From positions 32,001-96,000 of the forward strand of contig JAWXAQ010000002.1 in assembly GCA_034439575.1 (NCBI GenBank): a stretch of DNA of 64,000 bases, in the 5' to 3' direction. Below are positions 8,997-19,548 of this stretch, in pieces. The DNA is from Leptospira sp. GTDB lineage: Bacteria; Spirochaetota; Leptospiria; Leptospirales; Leptospiraceae. Both the position numbers and the translations under genes were made by a program. A model generated the notes under the pieces. It saw only the letters and a program-made list of their open reading frames with translations. It searched no databases and was not told the DNA's origin. Numbering within the stretch: position 1 is the first letter of the stretch; every line of letters starts with the position of its first letter.

Positions 8997-9422
8997 TTAT
9001 AAATAATCTTTCAAACAAGGTAAAAAGAATTCGTAATTTTTTTTACCAATTTGTATCATTTTGATGGTGTTAGGTATCGTTTGGAATTGGATTTGACCGA
9101 AAAACCAACCCATCTTTGTTGTGATTTTTTGAATATGCGAAAATTCTAATGAAAATTGATCGTGACTAGTTTTTATAAACGATTTATGGACAAAAATAAA
9201 TCTTTGATTTGTCAAAACAACTAGCCATTCCCCAGCTAAGTATTTTTCCTTTGATCCTTCCAGTAAACCCATGCAGTAACCTTTGATAACTTCATCTTCC
9301 TTTATTAGTTCGTGGAGGGTATGAAACTCAGGTATATATTTAAATAAAATATCTATATTGATATTTGGATGGTTTACAAGTAAAGATTTAATTTGTGAGA
9401 CAACGGTTTCTTTGGATGGCAT
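8997..9422 (-). CDS. Bacterial PH-domain protein (bPH_3-like)
   Basis: DEVIKGYC.G...LVVLTNQRFIF...GWFFGQI pattern. Confidence 0.75.
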   Translation of the reverse strand: MPSKETVVSQIKSLLVNHPNINIDILFKYIPEFHTLHELIKEDEVIKGYCMGLLEGSKEKYLAGEWLVVLTNQRFIFVHKSFIKTSHDQFSLEFSHIQKITTKMGWFFGQIQFQTIPNTIKMIQIGKKNYEFFLPCLKDYL

Positions 9423-9443
9423 GTCATATTTCCATATCTAGAA

Positions 9444-9487
9444 TTTTCTCCTATCAGTGAAGTTTGATATCCATTGATAGGAGAAAA
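9444..9487 (-). terminator. Long hairpin after the MaoC operon
   Basis: 13-bp perfect stem TTTTCTCCTATCA/TGATAGGAGAAAA. Confidence 0.55.
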
Positions 9488-9495
9488 AATATTTC

Positions 9496-9915
9496 TTAAA
9501 CTGCTCTTACAACCAAATCGCCACCAGCTTTCACTTCGCCAGCTTCGTTTTTTGCCTCAACAAGTACAGTGACGGTTTTTTTACCATCTTTTTCAAACTT
9601 CTTTTTTATTGTACCGAAACAAGTTAGCTTTTCACCTAACTTTGTCATGGCTTTGAAAGTAACACCAAAATATTCTATGTCTTTCTGGTCCGCCCAAGAA
9701 GTACATAACCTTCCTACTTGTGCCATCACATACATACCATGAGAAATAGTTCCTTCGAGGCCTGCTTTTCGTGCAAAGTCAGGATCATTGTGAATAGGGT
9801 TAAAATCCCCAGATGCACCCGCATAACGAACTAAATTTGCATGTTCAATGACAGGAATATCAAGTGATGTTAGTGTTTCGCCAACTTCTACTTTATCAAA
9901 TTGAATTTTAGCCAT
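9496..9915 (-). CDS. MaoC-family (R)-hydratase/dehydratase, catalytic subunit
   Basis: YAGASGDFNPIH and ISHGM hydratase-2 motifs. Confidence 0.9.
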   Translation of the reverse strand: MAKIQFDKVEVGETLTSLDIPVIEHANLVRYAGASGDFNPIHNDPDFARKAGLEGTISHGMYVMAQVGRLCTSWADQKDIEYFGVTFKAMTKLGEKLTCFGTIKKKFEKDGKKTVTVLVEAKNEAGEVKAGGDLVVRAV

Positions 9916-9933
9916 AAATATTATCCTCCTTCC

Positions 9934-10377
9934 TTAATCCTTACGAATGAATATGGCCATATCTGCTGAGAGAATAGGGTCATTTTTTTCATCATAAATT
10001 GTAGTTTTAAAAGTAACTATTTCTGCTCGTCCCATTTTAACGTCTGCGATTTCGGATTGAGCATATACTTTGCCTGGATAAAGAACTTTATGGTATGTAT
10101 ATTCTTCTTTTAAGTGCAGGATTTTGGAGAGGTCAATGCCGAGTTCCGCCATATCATTCCAAATCTTTGGATATCCCCAAAACATAATGACAGTAGGGAA
10201 TGTTAGTGGAGCAGGTACATCAGAGTAACCAGCTTTCTTTGCTTCTTCTACATCAAAATAGATAGGGTTTTTTTCATTGATTGCGAGACAAAATTCTTTT
10301 ATCTTCCCGCGTTCAACTGTGAAATCAAAACGATCTAGTTTCTTTCCAACTATATCTTTCGTAATTGCCATTGGCAT
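9934..10377 (-). CDS. MaoC_dehydrat_N (HadA-like) partner subunit
   Basis: [13 protein letters not shown]...NPIY...APLTF pattern; lacks catalytic D/H. Confidence 0.85.
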   Translation of the reverse strand: MPMAITKDIVGKKLDRFDFTVERGKIKEFCLAINEKNPIYFDVEEAKKAGYSDVPAPLTFPTVIMFWGYPKIWNDMAELGIDLSKILHLKEEYTYHKVLYPGKVYAQSEIADVKMGRAEIVTFKTTIYDEKNDPILSADMAIFIRKD

Positions 10378-10385
10378 TTATCTCC

Positions 10386-11252
10386 TTAGTGTTTATCTAA
10401 CCATGATACTAACTCTTTTAAGACGACTGCTCGTTCTTTCGGAGTTTCGTTCATAGTCTCGTGGTACAATCCATCAAATAATTTTATAGTTTTGTCGGTT
10501 GATCCTAGTTTGGCAAATGCATCTTCTGAGCCTGAACATATTGCGATTTGATCTTCTTTTCCATGAAACATATAGATCGGTAATTTGATACGCGAAGCGG
10601 TATTGAGTGCTAGGTCATAGCAATTCAATAAAAAATCTCCAAGGTATGCGGAAACATTTCCATGAACTAATGGATCATTTACATAGGCTTCCACCACACT
10701 TTTGTCATGTGAAATCATATTAACATCTAACCCGGCAGGTATTGTGAGAGTAGGGAGAACTTTTGCAAGAAAACCACCGATACCTTTTTTAACATCCATT
10801 ACGAAATCGGTTTTTACTTTGATAGGGAGTGCACTCGTGACAAGAGCATCCAAATCATCTTGGTAATTGTCCGTTCCTGTATAAAGAAAAGTAACTGCAG
10901 CACCCATAGAGTGTCCAAGTAGAGTGACTTTTTTAACACCTTCTTTTTGTTTTGCGATATCAATGAGTTGTTTTAAGTCTACAAAAAAATCAGAAATATG
11001 ATTGATCACACCTCTTCTGCCATCGGAACGTCCATGTCCGCGTGCATCTAAAAGATAAATCGCATAACTTTTTTCTGCTAAAGCATCAAGTAAGTTCGTA
11101 TAGCGACCGCTGTGTTCACCGAAACCATGGTGAACGACAAGTGCTCTTTTGGCTCCTGACTTCGGTCGGTAAACTTGATAGTAAATTTTGCTACCATCAT
11201 TGTTTTGAAAGGTGGATTCTTCTCGTGTGTATGCTGTTTCCCAAATGCTCAT
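10386..11252 (-). CDS. Alpha/beta hydrolase, lysophospholipase/monoglyceride lipase family
   Basis: HGFGEHSGRY, DARGHGRS, GHSMG, YHETMNE motifs. Confidence 0.9.
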   Translation of the reverse strand: MSIWETAYTREESTFQNNDGSKIYYQVYRPKSGAKRALVVHHGFGEHSGRYTNLLDALAEKSYAIYLLDARGHGRSDGRRGVINHISDFFVDLKQLIDIAKQKEGVKKVTLLGHSMGAAVTFLYTGTDNYQDDLDALVTSALPIKVKTDFVMDVKKGIGGFLAKVLPTLTIPAGLDVNMISHDKSVVEAYVNDPLVHGNVSAYLGDFLLNCYDLALNTASRIKLPIYMFHGKEDQIAICSGSEDAFAKLGSTDKTIKLFDGLYHETMNETPKERAVVLKELVSWLDKH

Positions 11253-11399
11253 AGAATGCTAAATTCATGCAAAGAAAGGGAAAAAGAAAGAACTTTTCGA
11301 AGTGGCAGGGATCAATCTGTCTCCTAAAGGGGGAAACTCTCGACAATTTTTGTAGTCTTAATTGTTGTATTAAATAAGGAATAATTACAAGGACCCATT

Positions 11400-14300
11400 A
11401 TGTCATTTTCTAGATTCAAATTCCTTTTCCCAATTGGCTTGTTCCTTTTCGTGATTACTTCATGTATTCCCACAGTAGAAAGGAGTTTGGTTGAACTTGC
11501 GAGTTTTATAAGAACTCAGACAAATCAAACTTCGGGAAAAATTTTTGTTACAGTCAATGCTCTCCAAGGTTCAGGACTAGTTTTAAATTTAAATGAATCA
11601 GAGGATCTTAGCGTCAGTTCTAGCGGGGAAGTTTCATTTACTACGACCTTATCGCCTCGGTCAAATTATACAGTTACCATCAAAACTCAACCCACTAGCC
11701 CCTTTCAAGTCTGCTCAGTGAGTGGCGGAACGGGAACTCTCATCTCTGGTGATATCAAATCTGTTCTCGTTAATTGTGACGAAGCCACATATTCGTTAGG
11801 TGGAACCATTTCTAGCCTTGCTGGTTCAGGCCTAGTTATATCCAATAATGGAACAGACTCAGTTTCAATTTCCGCAAACGGGAGTTTTGCTTTCACAACA
11901 ACCTATAAAGTCGGAACTACCTATTCTCTATCTGTATCCTCATCGCCCACTCACCCAACACAAACTTGTACTATTTCAAACGGTAGTGGAACTTTTTCTG
12001 CGGCTAATATAAGTTCAGTGAGTATTTCTTGTACAACAACGGCACGTGCAGTGCGGGCGACAGTGACTGGTATAGGTTCTGGAACTTTAGTTCTTAACAA
12101 TAACACATCGGATTCATTAAGTATATCTTCCAATGGAAGTTTTGTTTTTAATAATGATGTTACAATTGGTGCGAGTTATGCGGTCACAATCACATCGGCA
12201 CCTACTTCCCACACTTGTGCTTTGTCTGGTGCTACCGGAACCATCGCTGGGACAGATGCTACAGTGACTGTGAATTGTTTTAGTATAGTCGCACAAACGC
12301 CTGAATCGCTTTCTGTCTTACGGACAAATCAAAGTATTTCACTTCGATTTTCGGCTTCAGTCACAGCATCTTCTTGCACATTGGGAGCAGGCAATTTAAC
12401 AACTGGTGGCACTATTTCATATTCGGTAAGTACGACTTCAATTACAGACGATACTTTGACGATTTCGACAACTACAACTTGGAATCCAGCCTCTGTTTCT
12501 CAACAAATCACATGTACGAGTGCTGCAGGCAATTCACTTGCCAATGGAACACATACTTTTCGTTATACGATTCCCTCATCAGTTAGTTATGTGAGTTCGG
12601 CATCAGGTGCCGATGGAAATTCTGGCACATCTCCTGCTGCACCAGTCCGAACCATTCAGAGAGGGATCAATGTTTTGGGTGCTTGTGGCACCCCTCCCTG
12701 TGTCGTTTATGTAGAAGACGGAACTTATGAAGCAGAAGACTTTGGCCAAAATTTTATCACTTTGTCAGTTGGTGTATCGCTTTATGGTGGCTATACGGCT
12801 GGAAGTTCTTTTGCAACAAGAAATGCGAGTGCTAGGCTCACACTCATCCAAAACAGTGCACCTACAGTTTGTGGAGCTTCCGCAATTCCGCTAACTCCTT
12901 GTAAGACGATACTTGTTCCAGGAACTGTGACAAATAATACTTTTATTGACGGTTTTAGAATTACTGGGGCGAGTACAAGTTCAGATTCGACTGCGATTTC
13001 CATTGTAGGTGGCAAACCAATTATTTCAAACAATACGATCTCTGGTGGGAGCTCAAATAATGCGGCAGGAATTATAATTAATAATTTTGGTGGCTCAAGT
13101 GCAGGTGATGGCTCGCAAGGAGCCATTGTCAATAATACCATTTCTGGAGGTAGTTGTACAGTGGCTAATTGTATCACAGCGGGAATTGTATCATATAGTA
13201 CAACAGCAGGATTATTTCCTTATGTGCAAATCAATACAATCACTGGTGGATCATGTGCTACGGCGACATGCAAAACCTATGGATTTTATTTAGGAACTGG
13301 AAATTCAGTAGATCTAAATAATTTTCGTTATAATACGATTAGCGGAGGTACAGTTTCTCCTGCTTCGACTGGAACGGAAAGCACTGGTATTTATATAAAC
13401 GATGGTTCAACGACCGGTAAGCTGTATGGAAATACAATTAACGGTGGTACGGCGGCAAATACTTCTGGCATTTATCTTGGAGTTTCTATGCCACTTGTTA
13501 TTGGGGATAGTGCGACAAAAACTGGAAATGCCATTTTTGGAGGTACTTCTAATTCAACGAGCTATGGTGTTCGTTTAGGTTCAGGTGGAAGTTTATATTC
13601 CAATTCAATCCATGCAGGAAATGTTATAGCTCCGACTGCCTCAGCAATTACCTATGGAGTTCAATCATCATCTGGTGTTGTCACATTAAATGGGAATCGA
13701 ATTTATGGAGGATCGTCAGTCGCGAATGGATCTGTATTTTCTGCCTCATATGGAGTCGCTTTGGTTAATTTGGGAGCCGCCACCATCATAGTGGGAAATC
13801 ATATATCGGCAGGGATTAGCCGAAATAATGGAACGAATAATGCGTATGCATACGGCTTACATTTAGCGCAAGTTTTTAATACACCATTAAGCGTATATAA
13901 TAATATGATTGATGGGGGAACTAGCAGTCTTGCCGTTTCTACTAATACTTCCGAATCACATGGTATATTTATATCAAATTCTACAATTGTATCGAGCATT
14001 TACTATAACACTATTTTTTCAGGTTCGGCAGAAGATATCTCTACTCCCATCACTTATTCTAATACAAATTCTCGATTTGCTGATATAAAAAATAATATTC
14101 TCTATACACAAGTAGGCGCGACAAATCGGATTTGTCTAAATCATTTTGGTACTACAGAAGCTACAAATTTGTCAGCACTTAGCGGAAATGTTTTTTATGG
14201 ATGTACAACACTTGTTAAATTTCCTACAATTTCTGCTGACCAAATTTGTGTCGGAGGAGTTGTGAGCAGTAGTGGTTGTCCCACTACAAATATTTCTACA

Positions 14301-14519
14301 CCCTCATCTCTTAATGTATATGTAGATCCTGTTCTTAGCACAACGACTACTACGTATAACATGAGTTATCGATCCTATTCCACTAGTTCACCGTGTACTG
14401 CGACTCAAATTAGCAATGTTTTGGGCGCACCTGTTGTAGATTCGCTAGGTGCGGCAAGACCTGGATCTGTTGCCGGAATTAGTGCTGGAGCATTGGAATA
14501 TAACGGATCTTGTCTGTAA
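11400..14519 (+). CDS. Large Ser/Thr/Gly-rich lipoprotein: three Ig-like repeats plus right-handed beta-helix
   Basis: Lipobox ITS-C; repeats ending in QTCTISNGSGT-like motifs; YVSSASGADGNSGTSPAAPVRTIQ motif; NNTISGG beta-helix repeats. Confidence 0.85.
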   Translation: MSFSRFKFLFPIGLFLFVITSCIPTVERSLVELASFIRTQTNQTSGKIFVTVNALQGSGLVLNLNESEDLSVSSSGEVSFTTTLSPRSNYTVTIKTQPTSPFQVCSVSGGTGTLISGDIKSVLVNCDEATYSLGGTISSLAGSGLVISNNGTDSVSISANGSFAFTTTYKVGTTYSLSVSSSPTHPTQTCTISNGSGTFSAANISSVSISCTTTARAVRATVTGIGSGTLVLNNNTSDSLSISSNGSFVFNNDVTIGASYAVTITSAPTSHTCALSGATGTIAGTDATVTVNCFSIVAQTPESLSVLRTNQSISLRFSASVTASSCTLGAGNLTTGGTISYSVSTTSITDDTLTISTTTTWNPASVSQQITCTSAAGNSLANGTHTFRYTIPSSVSYVSSASGADGNSGTSPAAPVRTIQRGINVLGACGTPPCVVYVEDGTYEAEDFGQNFITLSVGVSLYGGYTAGSSFATRNASARLTLIQNSAPTVCGASAIPLTPCKTILVPGTVTNNTFIDGFRITGASTSSDSTAISIVGGKPIISNNTISGGSSNNAAGIIINNFGGSSAGDGSQGAIVNNTISGGSCTVANCITAGIVSYSTTAGLFPYVQINTITGGSCATATCKTYGFYLGTGNSVDLNNFRYNTISGGTVSPASTGTESTGIYINDGSTTGKLYGNTINGGTAANTSGIYLGVSMPLVIGDSATKTGNAIFGGTSNSTSYGVRLGSGGSLYSNSIHAGNVIAPTASAITYGVQSSSGVVTLNGNRIYGGSSVANGSVFSASYGVALVNLGAATIIVGNHISAGISRNNGTNNAYAYGLHLAQVFNTPLSVYNNMIDGGTSSLAVSTNTSESHGIFISNSTIVSSIYYNTIFSGSAEDISTPITYSNTNSRFADIKNNILYTQVGATNRICLNHFGTTEATNLSALSGNVFYGCTTLVKFPTISADQICVGGVVSSSGCPTTNISTPSSLNVYVDPVLSTTTTTYNMSYRSYSTSSPCTATQISNVLGAPVVDSLGAARPGSVAGISAGALEYNGSCL

Positions 14520-14563
14520 ATCTCTGATTGTTTTTAGCCTCGATTTTTCCAGACTAGTCTGAG

Positions 14564-16855
14564 ATGATGATTTTGATTCTTCATTTCAGAAAAATATTTT
14601 TATTTTCATTCTTAACTTTTTTGTTTTGGCACTGTTCAGAAGATAAAAAAACAAATGGAATCTCTTACGATTTGGTGCATGAGCTAAACCAAACATCAAC
14701 CTTATCGAACGGAATTCCAAATATTTCTGATCCAATCCCTTACCATTGGAAAAAAAATCCTGGAAGGCAAAGTGCTTTGCCCGTTAGTCGCAAATGGGAA
14801 AATACTCAAATCACTTTCAATACTGATAAAAATTTATTTATCAATCATTCCTTAGATTCAATTTATTTTCCACCAAAATCAAGTTATACGTTCAAACTCA
14901 AAAACGGAAATTATCAACTGAAGGGAATGTTGGGGTTTTTGAATTCATCGCCCCAAATTAAATTAAGTTCGGGAACTTTGAAATTTTACGCAGATGGAAA
15001 GGAAGTATTTTCACAAAAATTTAATAATTCTAGAGTCGAAATATGGAATCCTATTAATCAAAATATCTCTATAAATTCGGAATTTAAAGTTCAATGGGAA
15101 AGTGAATCTGATCATTTATTTTTCGCAGAACCGTTATTATATGAAAATAATCATTCAAAAAAACCAAATGTCATTTTGATTGTTCTCGATTCGGCGAGAA
15201 AAGATTTTTTCGGAACTTACGGATTTCCTTATCAAATTACACCGCAAATGGATGCCCTCGCCAAGGAATCTATTGTATTTCAAAACCCTTTTTCAAATGG
15301 GAATTGGACAAAACCTTCGATGATGTCTTTTTTTCACTCTGAATATTCTTCTAATTTGGGGCTTGGTAATTCTTGGTTCACAACGAAACCTTACCAGCGT
15401 AAAGTATACTATGGAAAAAAAAGACCTAATTTAACAAATATTCTACGAGAAAATGGATATTATACAAAATCTATAATGAATAATGTTTTCTTTTTGGACT
15501 ATACAACCGTTGGAATCGATTTGGGTTTTCACAATACTTACCAAGTCGGAATGGATATTTTGGATACCGAAGAATTGACCAATCACGCATTGGAATTCGT
15601 ACAAAATATGAATGATACGCCTTTTTTTCTTCACTTAAATTTGAATACGCCTCATGCATCTTATGCGCCACCAGCAGAGGATATGAGCGCAGTGAAAAAA
15701 ATCATTCCGAATGATGTGTTTTATAAATATGAATCACCTGTACAGCGATATATTGGCGAGATGCATTATACTGATCGTGAAGTGGGTAGACTGATACAAA
15801 AATTAAAAGATCTTAGAATTTATGATGATACACTTATCATTCTGACAGGAGATCATGGCGAGCTCTTTAGTCCCCATCATGATTATAGTTACCACTTCAT
15901 AATGAAAACGCGCTTCGGACATGGGGAAACGCATTACGATGAAGAAATCAATGTTCCGTATTTTATAAAACTTCCGAAAACTTTAACTGCAGAAAAAAAT
16001 TTGATCAAAGGTCAATCTTCCTTGCTATCCTTGTTGCCTACAACCCTTGGCCTACTCGGAATCCCGCAGATACAATTTCATTTTAAAGGTTTAGATTATT
16101 CGGATTGTATTTTGAATTCGAATGAATGTCCGAAAGAGGATATGATTTATACAGAAGGGCGAATGTCTGAATCGGTAAGGACGGAAAAATATAAATACAT
16201 TCGAAGGTATCCTGGATTTACAACTGTTAGTAGAAAGGCTGATGGTGAACTTCATTCCATGCCAGAAGAATTATATTTATTAGATTCTGATCCAGAGGAA
16301 AAAATTAATCTTTCTACATCAGATTCATCCAAAGAGATTTTAACAAAGGTTAGGGAAGATTTTCATCAAGGAAAATTTTTGGATCGGAATCATATCCAAT
16401 TACGAATTCCAATTTGTTCACAAATTAAATGCAGAGATTCCTTGAGTATAAATTTGCAAGGCTCTATTTATGATTGGTTTTCTCCCGTTCCCTTAAATGT
16501 TAGCGGGTCTTCCGCAAAAACCTTCAATTTTGAATTGGAAAGCACAAAACAACCCGTTGAAATTTCTATTGCGACTGTTAATCCTGAATTGGAAGGTAAC
16601 TTCCAATTTTTTAGGAATGGGCAAGCTATGTCCCATCGTTTGGGTCGGTGGGGAATCGAGACTATATCCAGTAACCATAAACAGGCCGGAGATTTTATAC
16701 TTTCAGACCGTAAACCGATCGGATGGGAAACAAGTGAACTTCCTTGGGTGTATAATGATGGTTTTTTTAGTGGAACTACTGAATCCAATGTCCAAAGAGA
16801 GATGGGCAAAGAAGTGAAAAAGATTCTCGAAACTTGGGGATACATTCACGAATAA
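14564..16855 (+). CDS. Sulfatase-like alkaline-phosphatase-superfamily lipoprotein
   Basis: KPNVILIVLDSARKD, WTKPS, PHASY, TGDHGE, HGETHY motifs. Confidence 0.85.
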   Translation: MMILILHFRKIFLFSFLTFLFWHCSEDKKTNGISYDLVHELNQTSTLSNGIPNISDPIPYHWKKNPGRQSALPVSRKWENTQITFNTDKNLFINHSLDSIYFPPKSSYTFKLKNGNYQLKGMLGFLNSSPQIKLSSGTLKFYADGKEVFSQKFNNSRVEIWNPINQNISINSEFKVQWESESDHLFFAEPLLYENNHSKKPNVILIVLDSARKDFFGTYGFPYQITPQMDALAKESIVFQNPFSNGNWTKPSMMSFFHSEYSSNLGLGNSWFTTKPYQRKVYYGKKRPNLTNILRENGYYTKSIMNNVFFLDYTTVGIDLGFHNTYQVGMDILDTEELTNHALEFVQNMNDTPFFLHLNLNTPHASYAPPAEDMSAVKKIIPNDVFYKYESPVQRYIGEMHYTDREVGRLIQKLKDLRIYDDTLIILTGDHGELFSPHHDYSYHFIMKTRFGHGETHYDEEINVPYFIKLPKTLTAEKNLIKGQSSLLSLLPTTLGLLGIPQIQFHFKGLDYSDCILNSNECPKEDMIYTEGRMSESVRTEKYKYIRRYPGFTTVSRKADGELHSMPEELYLLDSDPEEKINLSTSDSSKEILTKVREDFHQGKFLDRNHIQLRIPICSQIKCRDSLSINLQGSIYDWFSPVPLNVSGSSAKTFNFELESTKQPVEISIATVNPELEGNFQFFRNGQAMSHRLGRWGIETISSNHKQAGDFILSDRKPIGWETSELPWVYNDGFFSGTTESNVQREMGKEVKKILETWGYIHE

Positions 16856-16906
16856 AAAATGCTAGAAAGCGAGTGAATCATTTTCGATCTTAACTACACA
16901 GCATTT

Positions 16907-18175
16907 ATGAAATCATCTTTCATTCCCCCTGCCTTTGATCTTCCTTTTGCATGGACTCTTGACCTGAGTTTTCCCATACTTTCAAAGTTACTTTTCAACT
17001 TAGATGGAGTAGAAATAAGTAAAGAAGACAAACGTCTGCTAAATGATCTTAAAAATAAAAGATTACTTTATCTCTCCAATCATCCATCTGATGTAGAGCC
17101 AGCTATTGCATATTATGTGGCCAATGAAATGGGTTCCCGATTTCATTTTATGGCTTCTCGTAGTATTTTCAATTGGGGCTTTGGCCTAGTCGGTGAATTT
17201 ATCAAACGTGTGGGAGCATTTTCTGTATTAACTGGAAGTGCTGATCGCGATGCGATTAAAATGGCGAGAAAGATTTTATCAGCCTCTGAGGGTAAGTTAG
17301 TTCTTTACCCAGAAGGTATGATGTCGGGTGAAAATGACAATCTCGTATCCTTTATGCCAGGTGTGGCTCAAATCGCGTTCGGTGGATTAGAAGATGCATT
17401 GAAACGAGATCCGGCGGCAGATCTTTATGTACTGCCCACGTTTGTAAAATATATCATTTCTGGTTCCAAAGAAACGATTGTTCGTGAAATTGAAAATTCA
17501 CTCCAAAGAATTGAAAGAAAATTAAAATTATACCCTGGTGGCAGAACTTTGCTTAGGCGATTTTTGACCGTTGGACGTGTGTTACTCGAAGAAACGGAAT
17601 TTGAACTTGGAGTTCCGAAAGCCGATATCGAAGGTAAAGATTTTGATTATCGTTTGGGTCGTGCTAGGCACACAGCCCTTAACCAAGCTGGAAATATACT
17701 CAATGTTAAGTTCAAAGATACAGATCATGCCATTGATAAAATTCGCCAACTTTTTACAGCACTCGATGCAATGGACGCCGGTTCTCCCTTGCCAACAACT
17801 CCTAAAGAGTTAACACCACAAAATATCCGACGTGCGAGACAATTAGTAGATACCGCTTATACTTTCCTTATCACAAGACAAAAAAGTCTGATCCAACATC
17901 CATCTGCCGAGAGATTATTCGAATGGATTATTAGTTTTGAAAGGCATGTATTTGGTAAGTCCGAAGACAGGGCTAGGCGCGCTCATGTCCTCGTTTCATC
18001 TCCAATTTCCTTAACGCCCTATCATAAAATATATCTCTCAAACAAAAGAGAGGGAATTTCTGCTTTGATGTCTGAAGTTCGTAAACAAATGGAACGATTG
18101 GTGGAGAAGGGGAAGTCTTTAACTGAACCTGTCATTCCACCATATTCAGTGGGCCTAGATATCAATATCGGATAG
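16907..18175 (+). CDS. PlsC-like 1-acyl-glycerol-3-phosphate acyltransferase family protein
   Basis: SNHPSDVE (NHxxxxD variant), GAFSV, LYPEG motifs. Confidence 0.8.
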   Translation: MKSSFIPPAFDLPFAWTLDLSFPILSKLLFNLDGVEISKEDKRLLNDLKNKRLLYLSNHPSDVEPAIAYYVANEMGSRFHFMASRSIFNWGFGLVGEFIKRVGAFSVLTGSADRDAIKMARKILSASEGKLVLYPEGMMSGENDNLVSFMPGVAQIAFGGLEDALKRDPAADLYVLPTFVKYIISGSKETIVREIENSLQRIERKLKLYPGGRTLLRRFLTVGRVLLEETEFELGVPKADIEGKDFDYRLGRARHTALNQAGNILNVKFKDTDHAIDKIRQLFTALDAMDAGSPLPTTPKELTPQNIRRARQLVDTAYTFLITRQKSLIQHPSAERLFEWIISFERHVFGKSEDRARRAHVLVSSPISLTPYHKIYLSNKREGISALMSEVRKQMERLVEKGKSLTEPVIPPYSVGLDINIG

Positions 18176-18190
18176 ATTGCTTTTGATGCA

Positions 18191-19441
18191 TTAATCTAAA
18201 ATCAAAGTGATTTCGACTCTTCGATTTTTTGCACGATTTTCTTCCGTATCATTCGGGACAACTGGAACTGAATCACCATAACCATGAAAAGATATTTTGC
18301 GATCATCTAGTTTGTGTTTATCGACAAGTTCATTTAATACGGATTTGGCGCGGTCTTCGGATAATTTTAAATTATAATCTTTTTTTCCAACATTATCCGT
18401 ATGTCCTGAAACTCTGATTTCTCTTTCGGAATGTTTTTTTAAAATCTCTGAGATTCGTTTGATGGCTTCAGAGGCTTCTGGTTTTAAGTTTGAATCATTA
18501 AAATCAAATAAAATAGAATCCAATGAAAAAGTGACTCCATCATCCGTTTTTCTGACGCTAATCGGTGATTCGGTTTTTTGATTTAAGTTAAGTGGATTTG
18601 GTTGTGAAATGTCACCAACGATTAAATCTTTTAACACATCTTCTGTGAATTTATCTTTTTCTGCTGTATTTAAACTTCGACGTGTATGATAGATTCCTTG
18701 TATATCATAACTTGCTTCTTGCAGAGTACCATCAGGGAGGATAAACGTATAAGACAATTTAACTTCTTTATATTCGGGTAATCCTTTTTTGGAATCAAAG
18801 TAAACGACTCCTCTTGCGAAACCAAATATTTTATTGGGAACATTTCCCTTTCTGGGTTTTTTATCACGGTTATCATAAAAAATTGGATACGTATAACTGA
18901 TCTTATCTGTGAAACCTGATTCCTTTTGGAATTGCCATTTATCTTTTCCTAAATAACTATATTCTGGCTCGACAGCGATTTTGATGCGCTCACCAGAAAA
19001 ATCAAATGATTCTTCGGCAGGTAACTTCCATGAATCTCCAACATTTAGTTCCGTATCGGGAAACGTGGGAAAACTTCGCAAATTCGGCATAACATATTCA
19101 TCTGGTACTTCATACTTTCCATTGCGAAAGATGGTAAATTGGGAATCGAACTTTTTATCTTTTTGGAATGGCCCTTCTGTTTTTCCAAATCGTATATAAG
19201 TATCAAACCATGCTGAGACTTGGCAGCCTAAGTTATCACATTTGCTTGTCTTTAAGAGAACTCGGTTGCGATCTTCTCTTGATACACTTCGATTGCCGAC
19301 ACGAAAAAAAACATCATGGTATTCGTTTAGTTCAAGAATTTGGTTATCTGACCATTTCCATTGAAATTTAGTAGGTTGGGTTCCTTCGGCAAAAATGTCC
19401 AAAGAAAGGAGAAAGAGGATACTTACGACAAAAGTTCTCAC
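18191..19441 (-). CDS. OmpA C-terminal domain protein
   Basis: Signal peptide; ILFDFNDS, GHTDNVG, NLKLSEDRA, NRRVEI. Confidence 0.9.
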   Translation of the reverse strand: MRTFVVSILFLLSLDIFAEGTQPTKFQWKWSDNQILELNEYHDVFFRVGNRSVSREDRNRVLLKTSKCDNLGCQVSAWFDTYIRFGKTEGPFQKDKKFDSQFTIFRNGKYEVPDEYVMPNLRSFPTFPDTELNVGDSWKLPAEESFDFSGERIKIAVEPEYSYLGKDKWQFQKESGFTDKISYTYPIFYDNRDKKPRKGNVPNKIFGFARGVVYFDSKKGLPEYKEVKLSYTFILPDGTLQEASYDIQGIYHTRRSLNTAEKDKFTEDVLKDLIVGDISQPNPLNLNQKTESPISVRKTDDGVTFSLDSILFDFNDSNLKPEASEAIKRISEILKKHSEREIRVSGHTDNVGKKDYNLKLSEDRAKSVLNELVDKHKLDDRKISFHGYGDSVPVVPNDTEENRAKNRRVEITLILD

Positions 19442-19548
19442 CTTCCCATCATCGGGGTTTTTGAGAAAAAGTAAATATGTCTTAGAAAAAACGGCTCAGA
19501 TTTTTTCGGATTGACGGATGGTTTAAAATCGGACATTCCCACTTTATC

